Assembly (NCBI GenBank): GCA_965250005.1
Contig: OZ252279.1
Location: 120,001-152,000 of the forward strand
From: Demequinaceae bacterium
GTDB taxonomy: Bacteria; Actinomycetota; Actinomycetes; Actinomycetales; Demequinaceae
Direction: 5' to 3'
Length of the DNA stretch: 32,000 nt
Below, piece after piece: positions 10,500-20,700 of the stretch (the stretch's first letter is position 1; every line of letters begins with the position of its first letter). The position numbers and the translations under genes are program-made. Under the pieces are notes generated by a model, which saw only the letters and a list, made by a program, of their open reading frames with translations, made no database searches and had not been told where the DNA came from.

Positions 10500-11551
10500 T
10501 CTGCGACCAACACGGTCACAGTGAAATTCTCGGGGGTGCCGAGAAGAAACTCGTCTATGAAGATGATGTAGTCACCTGGGGGGAACGCGCCCTCAATTAG
10601 CGGGTCTCCCGAGCCAGCTTGTCCGAGCGCATCGTCGTTGAAGTAGTAGCGTTCTGCGTCGCCATTCTGGTCGAACCCGAGAACCTCCATCGTGAGGTCT
10701 TCGGCGCCGCCATCGCTTTCCGCAAAGATGGTCAGCCAAGACAGGGCGTCAACGTTGATGCAGATGTATGGGTTGGTTATGCTGGCACCCACATGGATGG
10801 AGCCTGGGTCTGCGACAAACAGCACCGCGTCGTCTGAACACACCTCGATGGAGTACCCGGAGGCCTGCGGGCTGGCGGCACCGGTACGGATCATGCTCTT
10901 GTCGACGTTCGCGTAGAGTTGGTAGTCGCCGCTGGGCTGGCCGAATGCGTCCACCTCGATTAGGTAGGTTCCTCCCAGCAAAGCCATGTTCACTTCGGGG
11001 TCGCTTCCAAACGTGTCGTCAACAGTTACGACGTGCTTGAGAGTTCCGTCCGGAAGCCAAGTACTCAGCGCGAACACGAGGTCGGGGCTTGCCTCCGTTC
11101 CCGAGTGCCACGACTCGAGACCGACGCGCGTGAGGGACGGCGTCGAGATCTCGATGCACGCGAAGCGTTGGCCGTCGCTGAGGTTGAGGATTCCCGATGC
11201 GGTGAGCTTGGGTAGTTCCGTTGTTCCGCATGCGGCGAGCGTGGGTTCGAGCCCGCCGAGTCCACTCGAGGACGTGAGGTCCCCGTTCGGGGGCTCAGGC
11301 TTGACGGACGGGGCAGGTTTGGAAGGCGGCGTGGCGCTCGGCGTTGAGCCTGGGGTCGCATCCCCCGGATCTGCCGTTGCGGCGGGTGTTGCCGAGGCGG
11401 AGGGTGACGCCGAGTCGTTCGCGGCGGGCCGGATTACCAAGAGAACCAGCAGGATGATGATCACAACGGCAAGTGCGGCCACAATCGCGATAATGACGGG
11501 GCTGTTCTTCTTCTGAGATTCGTCCTGAACCGGTGCATTGTCTGCGCTCAT
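10496..11551 (-). CDS. Membrane-anchored protein with two PPC-like beta-sandwich modules
   Basis: TM helix (PVIIAIVAALAVVIIILLVLLVI), Pro/Ser/Thr linker, then two modules ending TFGSDPEVNMALLGGTYLIEVDAFG...GDYQLY and GAFPPGDYIIFIDEFLLGTPENFTVTV. ATG at 11551 (MSADNAP) preferred over the longer track ORF. Confidence 0.75.
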   Translation of the reverse strand: MSADNAPVQDESQKKNSPVIIAIVAALAVVIIILLVLLVIRPAANDSASPSASATPAATADPGDATPGSTPSATPPSKPAPSVKPEPPNGDLTSSSGLGGLEPTLAACGTTELPKLTASGILNLSDGQRFACIEISTPSLTRVGLESWHSGTEASPDLVFALSTWLPDGTLKHVVTVDDTFGSDPEVNMALLGGTYLIEVDAFGQPSGDYQLYANVDKSMIRTGAASPQASGYSIEVCSDDAVLFVADPGSIHVGASITNPYICINVDALSWLTIFAESDGGAEDLTMEVLGFDQNGDAERYYFNDDALGQAGSGDPLIEGAFPPGDYIIFIDEFLLGTPENFTVTVLVAD

Positions 11552-11623
11552 GCTTCGAAGGTATCGCACCCTCCGCGCTCATGGTGGGTGAACGAGGACT
11601 GTGCTGCGTGGGAGACTCACAGC

Positions 11624-13057
11624 ATGACGCCACCTCGCGATACCCTCGGCGCTGGCGCGCCCGAGCCCGACGACTTCGGCGGCCTCACCGCCCAAGAGGC
11701 GGAGCGCGAGATTTACGCGCACATCATCGCCCGCGCGCCGGAGCACGACATCGAGCCCAGCCTGGACCGCGTGCGTGAGGCGTGCGACCTGCTGGGCAAC
11801 CCTCAGCACGCGTACCGAGTCATTCACATCACAGGCACGAACGGCAAGACCAGCGTCGCGCGCATGACGGAGGCGCTCGTGCGCGAGCACGGCCTGCGGA
11901 CTGGTCTGTTCACGTCGCCCCACCTGACGTCCGTGCGCGAGCGCATCCAGATCGACGGCACTCCCATTGGCGCCGCAGATTTTGTGCGGCTCTGGCAGGA
12001 CGTCGCGCCCATCATCCACATGGTTGACGTGCGAAGCGAAAACAACAGTGGGCCGCGTCTGAGCTTCTTCGAAGTGCTCACGGTCTTGGGATTCGCTGCA
12101 TTCGCCGATGCGCCCGTCGACGTTGCCATCATCGAGGTGGGCTTGGGAGGCGGCTGGGACGCGACAAACGTTGCCGACGGCGAGGTCGCCGTGATCGCTC
12201 CCATTTCGCTTGATCACTCCGTGTACCTGGGCGACGATGTGGTGGGGATCGCGGAAGAAAAGGCGGGCATCATCAAGCCCGGCGCCGCAGTGGTCGTATC
12301 CGAACAGATCGAGTCCGTCACGCCTGTAATCGAGGCAGCGGCCAAGGCCGCAGAAGCGCGGCTGTACGCGGAGGGCGACCAGCTCGAGGTGGTCGCGCGC
12401 CAACCCGGGGTGGGTGGCCAGCTCATCACGCTCCGCACTGCGGCGGCGCGGTACGAAGACCTGTTCTTGCCGATGTTCGGCGAGCACCAGGCGCGCAACG
12501 CACTGCTCGCCGTTGCGGCCACCGAGGCGCTACTCGCGTCAGGTGGGGATCCCGTGTCACTCGCGGGGCCCACGCTTGAGGCTGCATTCGCGGGCGTGAC
12601 CAACCCCGGCCGGCTTGAGGCCGTCCGCACGGCACCCATGATCGTCGTCGATGCGGCGCACAACCCTGCCGGCGTAGATGCGTTGGCAGAGGCGATGCGC
12701 GAGAACTTCACGTTCGAGACCCTGGTGGGCGTGGTCGGCATCCTCGAAGACAAGGACGTCGACGGCATCCTCGATGGTCTTGAACCGCTGCTGGATCAGA
12801 TTGTCGTCACTGCCTCGGCGTCACCCCGTGCCATCTCGGTCCCGGACCTCGCGAAGGCGGCAACAGAAGCGTTCGGGGACGACCGCGTCCACACGTCAGA
12901 CGATCTCCCCGACGCGATCGACCAGGCCGTCCAGCTGAGCGAGGCAGTGAATGATCTAGGTGCAGGCGTACTCATCACCGGCTCCATTACCCTGGTGGCC
13001 GACGCCCGCATCCTGCTGGGCGCCGACAAGCGAAAGGGAGCGGGGCAAGCACGATGA
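11624..13057 (+). CDS. folC: Bifunctional folylpolyglutamate synthase/dihydrofolate synthase
   Basis: ITGTNGKTSVARM P-loop, SPHLTSVRERIQIDG, DAAHNPAG; ATG at 11624. Confidence 0.95.
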   Translation: MTPPRDTLGAGAPEPDDFGGLTAQEAEREIYAHIIARAPEHDIEPSLDRVREACDLLGNPQHAYRVIHITGTNGKTSVARMTEALVREHGLRTGLFTSPHLTSVRERIQIDGTPIGAADFVRLWQDVAPIIHMVDVRSENNSGPRLSFFEVLTVLGFAAFADAPVDVAIIEVGLGGGWDATNVADGEVAVIAPISLDHSVYLGDDVVGIAEEKAGIIKPGAAVVVSEQIESVTPVIEAAAKAAEARLYAEGDQLEVVARQPGVGGQLITLRTAAARYEDLFLPMFGEHQARNALLAVAATEALLASGGDPVSLAGPTLEAAFAGVTNPGRLEAVRTAPMIVVDAAHNPAGVDALAEAMRENFTFETLVGVVGILEDKDVDGILDGLEPLLDQIVVTASASPRAISVPDLAKAATEAFGDDRVHTSDDLPDAIDQAVQLSEAVNDLGAGVLITGSITLVADARILLGADKRKGAGQAR

Positions 13058-13440
13058 CCGAGGCCCCACAGCGGCCACAGCGTTCCGCGCTGCTCACGTT
13101 CACCCAAGCCATGCTGGTGCTCCAGGCACTCGCGGCCCTATTTGCGACCATCACGTTGAGTGGACTGAGCCGCGGCGCCAGCATCGACATCAACAACGAG
13201 TCGCTCCTCGCATACGGCTACGTGCTGATGCTCGGGCTCCTGCTCGCGGTCGGGGTGCAGAAGCGCCCGTGGGGCCGCTGGGTGGGGTCGGCGCTTCAGG
13301 CGCCGATGCTGCTGGGCGGGCTCATTGAGCCGGCCGTCGCGATCGTGGGAGTGATGTTCCTGATTCTGTGGATCGCCGCGCTCAGGCTAGGTGGTCGAAT
13401 CGATCGGGAACGCGCCGAACGCGCATCGGCACCTAACTAG
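13054..13440 (+). CDS. DUF4233 domain-containing membrane protein
   Basis: 128 aa, overlaps the folC stop by 4 nt; hydrophobic segments and position match the usual DUF4233 gene after folC. Confidence 0.85.
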   Translation: MTEAPQRPQRSALLTFTQAMLVLQALAALFATITLSGLSRGASIDINNESLLAYGYVLMLGLLLAVGVQKRPWGRWVGSALQAPMLLGGLIEPAVAIVGVMFLILWIAALRLGGRIDRERAERASAPN

Positions 13441-13491
13441 CGCCAAGGCGAGTACGTTTGTACCCGCACGCCCCCTCAAAGGAGCCACAAA

Positions 13492-13968
13492 ATGAAGTCC
13501 ACGCTGATCAAGCTTGGCGTATCGCTCGCAATCGGCATCGTTGGGCTGACGATGGCGTTCTACGGGCTGGAGCGCAGCGCACTCATCGAGGCGCAAGCGT
13601 CGCTGTCCGGTGTTGACATGCCAGTGCCCACCCGCATCTTCGTCACACTCTTTGTGGGCCTCACCGCGCTCAACATTTCCGTGTTCTCTGCGCTGGCGGT
13701 ATGGAGCACCTACCTGCGCGAGCACGAGGGCACCAAGCAGTTGCCCGTATGGTTGCTCATCGGTGCGCTTGTCATCTCGGGTGGCCTGGGAATCACCGGT
13801 CTGGCGCAGCACGGCGGCTACATCAACACGCTGGGCGAGGTGCCGATGGACGTCAACCAGGGCTATATCGCGTACATGACGGTGTTCGGAACATTCTTTG
13901 TGGTGGCGTTAGTGCTGGTGGGTGTCCGCTGGCGTCCGGGGCAGGCGCGCGAAATGCACGAGGACTAA
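13492..13968 (+). CDS. Hypothetical membrane protein
   Basis: 158 aa, good SD (AAAGGAG), four predicted hydrophobic segments. Confidence 0.75.
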   Translation: MKSTLIKLGVSLAIGIVGLTMAFYGLERSALIEAQASLSGVDMPVPTRIFVTLFVGLTALNISVFSALAVWSTYLREHEGTKQLPVWLLIGALVISGGLGITGLAQHGGYINTLGEVPMDVNQGYIAYMTVFGTFFVVALVLVGVRWRPGQAREMHED

Positions 13969-14034
13969 CTTCCGTTTGCCCGCCGCCAAGAATCGGCGCC
14001 TGCATGCCGCAGTAACCCTGGGGCGCGAGGTCGA

Positions 14035-15726
14035 TTACTTGGTTGGAATGGACAGCCGCTGACCTATGTAGATCCGGTTCGGATTCTTGATCCCGTTCTT
14101 GATAGCGATCGCGGCGTACGTCGTGCCGAACTTGGCCGCGATTCCGCTGAGAGTGTCACCGTTCACCACGATGTAAATGATGACCGTGGGGGCGGATGGG
14201 GACGTGGGCGTGGGCGTCGGCGCGGGTGAGCTAGTGTCCGTCGTCGTGATCTTGATCTTCTGCCCCACGTAGATCAGATTCACGTTCTTGATCACGTTTG
14301 CCGAAGCGATCGCAGACACTGTGGTCCCGTATCGTGACGCGATCCTGCCGAGCGTGTCCCCGCGGACCACGGTGTAGGTGATCGTAGTTGGCGTTGCGGT
14401 AGCGGGGGTTGGCGTCTCGCTTGGCGTGGGCGTGGGCGTGGGCGTGGGCGTGGGCGTGGGCGTGGGCGTCTCGCTCGGCGTGGGCGTTGGCGTCGATTCA
14501 GGAACGGGTAGCGGGTCTGTCGTAGTGGTCACAACGGGGATTCGCAGTCGCTGGCCAACGATGATGAGCGCGTACTTGTTGAGACCGTTCTCCTTGATTA
14601 TCGCGGAGATCGACGAGTCATACGTGCGCGAGAGTCCCCAGACCGTGTCACCGTGAACCACACGGTGGGAAACGTACGTAGTGATTTCGCGTGTCACGAG
14701 CGTGGCCGTGGGTGTTGGGCTGGCGCTCGGCGTCACCGTTGGCGTCACCGACGGCTCGGGTGTAGGCGAGGGGCTGGGCTCGGGTGTAGGCGAGGGGCTG
14801 GGCTCGGGTGCAGGCGAGGGGCTGGGCTTGGGTGCAGGCGACGGGCTCGGCGACGGCGACGCGGACGGCGAGGGGCTGGGCGAGGGAGCCGGATCGACCG
14901 TGGAGCCGACGGGGTCTCCGAACCAATTCGACCACAGGCGCCAAAAATTGCGGTTCCCGTATGAACTACACGAGTTGCCGAGGCCAGACAGGTTAGCGAG
15001 AGCAGCCGCGTTCGGCTGGTACGGCGTGTAGTAGTACAGGGCGGCGGTCGCGCGGTTCTGAATGAAGACCGGGCTGGATCCACAGGACGACCGCGGGTGC
15101 CAGCGAATGTTGGTCGTCTTGCCTACGGGATACCACTTGAAGCTTGAGCCGGGGTGGCCGTAGTAGAGAAGTTGGCTCGCCGCGGAGTAGAGCTGAATGA
15201 AGAAACCGTAGTACGCAGAACTGCAAGGCGCGGTATCCGGGCACGCGTACCCCATCGCTCGTTGATAGCGCCAGGATGCCGGCGACGACAGCGTGACGAG
15301 GCTGGTTTCCTTCTGGAGAATCACGAGGAGTGCCATCGGGTTGATGTGGCACGCCTGGGCAACGTCGTAAATCATCTGCGCCGACGAGACATTTTCTTTG
15401 CCGACGAGAGGTTCGACGCACCGTCGCGAATCCGCGGGCCGGTCGTAGGTGTTTGCTCGATAGGTACGCAGGCACCCGTTGCAACTGGACGGGCCTACGT
15501 CATCGAGGAACGACTGGATGTCCTCGACGGTCATGGATCCGTAATCGAAGAAATTTGCGTCGGTGACGATCAGTCCGGGCTGGAACTCGCTTCCGGAGGG
15601 AGCGGCGTCGGCGCTGGCCGCCGTCGTCACCATATTCACCGACGTCGCCATCAGAGCCAGCAGTAGTGCCACCAGCACGCCGCGCGCGGAGAACGTCATA
15701 CCGCGGGCGGAGAGGGCAGTGGTCAT
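14035..15726 (-). CDS. Secreted protein with lysozyme-like N-terminal domain and three C-terminal LysM domains separated by P/S/T linkers
   Basis: Signal-peptide-like N-terminus; FQPGLIVTDANFFDYGSMTVEDIQSFLDD...LLVILQKETSLV; three LysM repeats (HRVVHGDTVWGLS, YTVVRGDTLGRIA, YIVVNGDTLSGIA). ATG at 15726 (MTTALS) preferred over the longer ORF. Confidence 0.88.
   Translation of the reverse strand: MTTALSARGMTFSARGVLVALLLALMATSVNMVTTAASADAAPSGSEFQPGLIVTDANFFDYGSMTVEDIQSFLDDVGPSSCNGCLRTYRANTYDRPADSRRCVEPLVGKENVSSAQMIYDVAQACHINPMALLVILQKETSLVTLSSPASWRYQRAMGYACPDTAPCSSAYYGFFIQLYSAASQLLYYGHPGSSFKWYPVGKTTNIRWHPRSSCGSSPVFIQNRATAALYYYTPYQPNAAALANLSGLGNSCSSYGNRNFWRLWSNWFGDPVGSTVDPAPSPSPSPSASPSPSPSPAPKPSPSPAPEPSPSPTPEPSPSPTPEPSVTPTVTPSASPTPTATLVTREITTYVSHRVVHGDTVWGLSRTYDSSISAIIKENGLNKYALIIVGQRLRIPVVTTTTDPLPVPESTPTPTPSETPTPTPTPTPTPTPTPSETPTPATATPTTITYTVVRGDTLGRIASRYGTTVSAIASANVIKNVNLIYVGQKIKITTTDTSSPAPTPTPTSPSAPTVIIYIVVNGDTLSGIAAKFGTTYAAIAIKNGIKNPNRIYIGQRLSIPTK
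14423..14469 (+). repeat. 6-bp tandem repeat GGGCGT, about 8 copies
   Basis: Direct reading; encodes a Pro-Thr run on the minus strand between LysM domains 1 and 2. Confidence 0.85.
14753..14848 (+). repeat. 24-bp tandem repeat, 4 copies (last one degenerate)
   Basis: GGCTCGGGTGTAGGCGAGGGGCTG at 14753, 14777, 14801 (one change) and 14825 (degenerate); encodes a PSPSP(T/A)PE linker. Confidence 0.88.
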
Positions 15727-16265
15727 GGGAGCGTCACATTGTCGGTGTTCGACAATCCACTGTAACTCGCGGACTGGTACGCGACGACGATGCTTGCTGT
15801 CCCGGCCGGGAGTTCGCTCAGCGGGAATGTGAACTGTCCGCATTCGGTTGTGGTGACGTTGGCGGCGCCGGTGCTCGTTTTCGAAATGACCACGGAGCCC
15901 GCAGTTACCGTGACGGTGCACATTCCACCGTTCTCTGTAATGCCGGGAACATTCGCGACCACCTGTAGCTCCCCGGCAGTGGCGTCGACGATGGAGAGGA
16001 AGACCTCAGGGCTCACTACGGAGCCCACGGGCGCGTTTTGAATGGGACCGGAAATAGTCGCCGACGGCGATGGCGACGGGGAGGCGGAGGTGCCGCGGGT
16101 GGCCGACGGCGAAGGTGAAGGTGTGGGGCCGTGGGACGTTGTAACGGTGACCTCGGGAGTGGGTGTGATCTCGGTGGGGCCGAAAGGGGTGCACGCGGCG
16201 AGCGTGGTCACGGCTATCACGGCGAGTGCCCCTAGTGCGCGCGGGCCGATTTCGCTGCCGGTCAT
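15723..16265 (-). CDS. Small secreted lipoprotein upstream of the LysM gene
   Basis: ATG at 16265 (MTGSEIG), lipobox (VTTLAACTP), P/S/T linker, C-terminal beta-rich domain with two Cys. Its TGA overlaps the downstream ATG. Confidence 0.75.
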   Translation of the reverse strand: MTGSEIGPRALGALAVIAVTTLAACTPFGPTEITPTPEVTVTTSHGPTPSPSPSATRGTSASPSPSPSATISGPIQNAPVGSVVSPEVFLSIVDATAGELQVVANVPGITENGGMCTVTVTAGSVVISKTSTGAANVTTTECGQFTFPLSELPAGTASIVVAYQSASYSGLSNTDNVTLP

Positions 16266-16530
16266 CGCGTCCCTCTCTGTGTGCGCGAGCGTGGGGCGGG
16301 TTGCCCTGCTCACCTGAGTCACAATTGTCACACGTATCACTTCCGTATAGGGGGAAGCGCGCTCTGCACGTTATCGGCGTGTCACGGGGAGCCCATGAGA
16401 GGTAATCGAGGGTCCCCGCCGCTCGCTCTCCACTTCTATTGACGCGCGGAAACTCCGAAATGTCCCCATAATGTGACGAGTTTCACAGGCGCGCGCTGCG
16501 CTGCGGCAGAGTCCCGGTAGGCTCCGTGGC

Positions 16531-16950
16531 ATGACTGAACGCACCCTCATCCTCGTCAAGCCCGACGGCGTCCGCCGCAATCTCGTAGGGGAAATCCTGC
16601 GCCGCGTGGAGGCGAAGGGCTACGGCATCGTCGCACTGAAGCTAACGCAAGCCACGCCCGAGCTGCTCGCCGCGCACTACGAGGAGCACGTGGGCAAGCC
16701 GTTCTACGAGCCGTTGGTGGAGTTCATGCTCTCCGGGCCGACGGTCGCCGCGATCGCCCAGGGCGAGCGAGTCATCGAGGGCTTCCGGTCACTGGCAGGC
16801 GCCACTGATCCCACTGTCGCCGCTCCCGGCACCATCCGCGGAGACCTTAGCCGCGACTGGGGCGCCAAGGTCATGCAAAACCTGGTGCACGGTTCGGACT
16901 CGAGTCTGTCTGCCGAGCGCGAGATCGGCATCTGGTTCCCCGAGGCATAG
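16531..16950 (+). CDS. ndk: Nucleoside diphosphate kinase
   Basis: ERTLILVKPDGVRRNLVGEIL...NLVHGSDSSLSAEREIGIWF. Confidence 0.97.
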   Translation: MTERTLILVKPDGVRRNLVGEILRRVEAKGYGIVALKLTQATPELLAAHYEEHVGKPFYEPLVEFMLSGPTVAAIAQGERVIEGFRSLAGATDPTVAAPGTIRGDLSRDWGAKVMQNLVHGSDSSLSAEREIGIWFPEA

Positions 16951-17061
16951 CCTTCCCAGGTTGACCGGGTGCGAGCCGCGAGGCCCTTTGCCGGCGCGTT
17001 CGTACTGAGCACGCCCTAGGCTGGCTCCAACCTCGCTACCAACAGTATCAAAGGAGAACCC

Positions 17062-17631
17062 ATGCGCGACGCAATTGAAGACTTCGTGGAGAAGGGCATC
17101 TTCGCCTCTAGGTGGCTGCTGGCTCCGATCTACATTGGACTGGTGGGCGGGCTCTTCATCATCCTGTACTCGTTCTATAACGAGTTTGTGCACCTAGTTC
17201 AAGAGGTCTCGCACGGCGCCGACCACGAGCAAATCACGCTTGGCATTCTCGCCTTGCTCGACATCGCGCTGCTGGCCAACCTGATCCTAATCGTGATCTT
17301 CGCGGGCTACGAGAACTTCGTGTCCAAGATCAACGCCGCGCAGAACAGCGAGGACCGCCCGCACTGGATGGGCCACATCGACTTCTCCGGGCTCAAGATC
17401 AAGCTGATCGGCTCCCTTGTCGCGATCTCCGTGATTGAGTTACTTCAGGATTTTGTCGCCGCAAGCGAGGAGGGCCACACGCTCGACTACACAGCGGTGA
17501 AGTGGCGCATCGGCCTGCACATGACGTTCCTCGCCTCCGGTGTGATGTTCGCGATCATGGACTACATCGGCGACAAGAGGAAGATCATGCTCGACGTGCA
17601 CACCAGGGGCCACGCCGAGGTGAGCAAGTAG
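17062..17631 (+). CDS. YqhA/UPF0114-family membrane protein
   Basis: 189 aa; SRWLLAPIYIGLVGG...KLIGSLVAISVIELLQDFV pattern. Confidence 0.8.
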   Translation: MRDAIEDFVEKGIFASRWLLAPIYIGLVGGLFIILYSFYNEFVHLVQEVSHGADHEQITLGILALLDIALLANLILIVIFAGYENFVSKINAAQNSEDRPHWMGHIDFSGLKIKLIGSLVAISVIELLQDFVAASEEGHTLDYTAVKWRIGLHMTFLASGVMFAIMDYIGDKRKIMLDVHTRGHAEVSK

Positions 17632-17704
17632 CACCTGATCCCGTGGCGTCGGCGAGCCTGCAGCGCGGCTCGTGTGAGGCGCGCGATCACCTAGAGTTGT
17701 CCCC

Positions 17705-20700
17705 GTGCATCTCAAAACGCTGACGCTTCGAGGCTTCAAGAGCTTCGCGTCTGCGACCACCCTCGAGTTTGAGCCGGGCGTTACGTGCGTGGTCGGCCCG
17801 AACGGCTCCGGTAAATCGAACGTAGTGGACGCGCTTGCCTGGGTGATGGGCGAGCAGGGTGCCAAGACGCTGCGCGGCGGCAAGATGGACGACGTTGTTT
17901 TCGCGGGCACGGCTACCCGCCCGCCGCTTGGCCGCGCGGAGGTCAGCCTCACCATCGACAACGAAGACGGCGCACTGCCCATCGAGTACGCCGAGGTCAC
18001 CATCTCCCGCACCCTGTTCCGCTCGGGCGGCTCCGAATACGCGATCAACGGCACCGCGTGCCGCCTGCTCGACATCCAGGACCTGCTGAGCGACTCGGGC
18101 CTCGGCCGCGAGATGCACGTGATCGTTGGCCAGGGGCAGCTTGATGCCGTCCTGCGCGCCACGCCGGAGGACCGCCGCCATTTCATTGAAGAGGCAGCCG
18201 GCATTCTCAAGCACCGTAAGCGCAAAGAAAAGGCGCTGCGCAAGCTCGACGCGATGCAGGCCAACCTCACCCGCGTTCAGGACCTCACCGTGGAGATTCG
18301 CCGCGGGCTGGGACCGCTCGGCAAGCAGGCTGAGGTCGCGCGTCAGGCGCAGACCATCCAGACGGACGTCCGCGACGCCCGGTCGCGACTTCTTGCAGAC
18401 GACATTGCTCAGCTCCAGGCCCAACTCACGCAGGAGACGGCCGACGAGGCCGCGCTCATGGAACGCCGCGCCACCGTAGAGAAATCGCTCGCTGAGGCGC
18501 GCGGCCACCTCGCGAGCCTCGAGCGCGCGTCTGCGGAGGCCACGCCCGAGCTCACTCAAGCCAACGACATCTACTACCGACTGAGCGCCCTGCGCGAGCG
18601 CTTGCGAAACCTGCAGTCCCTGGCCGACGAGCGCCTGCGGATGCTTGGCACGCACGTCGACTCGATCGCGCCGACGGACCTTGTGGACCTCGATGAGCAG
18701 CTGGAGCGCGCGCGCGTCGCTCACGCAGAACTCACCGCCGAAGTGACAGCGGCCCAGGGCGCGCTCGTACTCGCCGAGGAAGCGCGCACTGTCGCCGAGG
18801 GCGTCGCCGAGTCCTCAGAGAAGACGCTCGCGAACCTGCTGCGATCCGTTGCCGACCGCCGCGAGGGCGTGGCGCGCCTGGCCGGGGACGTGGCCGCGCG
18901 GCGCTCGCGCGTGGAGGCCGCTGAAGACGAGATTGGCCGCCTGCAGCAGACGCTCACCGAGGCCGAGCGCCGTGGCACCGATGCCACCAAAGAATTCTCT
19001 GCGCTCGAGTCCACCGTCGCGAGCGTCGAGGCCGGCGAAGAAGACCTTGACGCCGCGCACGAGTCCGCAACCGAAGAGCTCGAGGCCACCAAGGAAGCGC
19101 TCACGCACCTGCACCAGGCGCTCACGGACGCGATTCTCGAGCGCGACACGTTCGCCGCCAAGGCAGAGGGACTGGAGCTGTCACTCGCCCGCAAGGACGG
19201 CGCTGGCGCGATCCTCGCGCAAGGTTCGCGCGGAGTCCGCGGAACCATCGCCTCGCTGATCGACGTGGAGGGCGACGTGGAGGACGCGATCGCCGCCGCG
19301 CTCGGACCGCTCACGGATGCGCTCGCGGCCGAGTCCGTCGAGGCCGCGGTGGACGCCATCCGCTGGCTGCGCGACGAGGACGCCGGCCGGGCCCGCTTCG
19401 TTGTTGCTGATCACTCCGCCGTCACCGACAATCCTTCTGTCTCCCTCCCCGCCGGGGCGGCTTGGGCGTCCGATCTGGTCACCGGGCCCGACGGCATTGT
19501 CGCGACCGTGCGGGCGCATCTGAGCGGCATCGCGGTGGTGGACGATCTAGCCTCGGCGCGGGCTCTCGTGAACGATCACGGCGGCATCACTGCGGTGACG
19601 CGCCGCGGCGACATCCTCAGCGCACGGTCCGCGTTCGGCGGCGCGGGGGATGCGCCCAGCGTTCTCCACATGCAGGCTGCGCTGGACGAGGCCCGCGAGC
19701 ACGTGACCACCGCGACCGCGCTAGTCGAGACCACCACGTTTCAAATCAAGGCCGCCGAGGACCGCGAAGCCTCCGCGTCGACTGCGCACGAGATTACGAT
19801 GGCCCGACTGCACGACTCTGACGCGCAGATGGCCGCGGTTGCCGAGCAGCTGGGCCAGCTTGGCGCCGCGTCCCGCGCCGCCAAGGCCGAGTCTGAACGC
19901 GTGGCATTGGCACTGGACGAGGCGCGCACGCGCATTGTCTCCGAGCAAGAGGAACTCACCAGCCTCACCGAGCGACTAGCGGGCGCAGAGGCCGAGCCCG
20001 AGCAAACAGAGTCGAACACGCAAAGCGCGCAGAATCAGCGCGACGCTCACGGCGAATCTGCCGTAGCTGCCCGGGCCGCCGAGACTGAGGCGCGCTTGGC
20101 CTTGCGCACGGCAGAGGAGCGCGCCCGTGCCCTAGCCGCCCGCGCCGAATCGCTTGAGCGAGCCGCGCACGCCGAGCGCGACGCCCGTATCCGGGCCGAA
20201 GAAGCCGCCGGCCGTCGCGCCCGTCAATCCGTGGCTGCCCGCGAGGTGGTCGCGGGAGCGATCGCGACGCTCGCGCATATGGACGCGTCCGTCCAGAAAG
20301 CTGACGACAACCGGGCCGCCGTCGAGGCCCGCCGCGCGGACCGCACCGGCCAGCTCGCGGACGTACGTCAGCACGTCGAGGAGTACTCCACCGAATACGC
20401 GCGCCTAACCGACGACGCCCACAAAGACGAAGTGGTGCGCGCGGAGCAGCGCGTGCGTCTCGAGCAGTTTGAGACTCGCGCGATCGACGAACTTGGCGTT
20501 GATCCCCAGGCGCTGGTCGACGAGTTTGGCCCTCACCTGCCGGTGCCGCTCACGGGCGACGAAGCGGCGGCTGCCATCGTCGCAGCGCAGGTTGACGGCG
20601 GGGCAGAGGCGACCGGGGCATCGTCCGCTGAAGTCGCCGAAGCGCCAACCGAGGAGTACGTCAGGGAGAAGCAAGAGAAACGCCTGCGCCGGGCCGAGCG

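Noticed and set aside
14753-14848. 24-bp repeats considered as CRISPR-like
   Set aside because: No spacers, and the units encode an in-frame Pro/Ser linker inside the LysM protein.
16318-16345. AT-rich sequence with partial dyad (TCACAATTGTCAC) upstream of the lipoprotein-LysM pair
   Set aside because: Only the 8-bp core ACAATTGT is palindromic; insufficient to claim a regulator site without comparative data.
17687-18724. 345-aa antisense ORF opposite smc
   Set aside because: Mirrors smc coding sequence in GC-rich DNA; smc is unambiguous and no independent start signal is visible.
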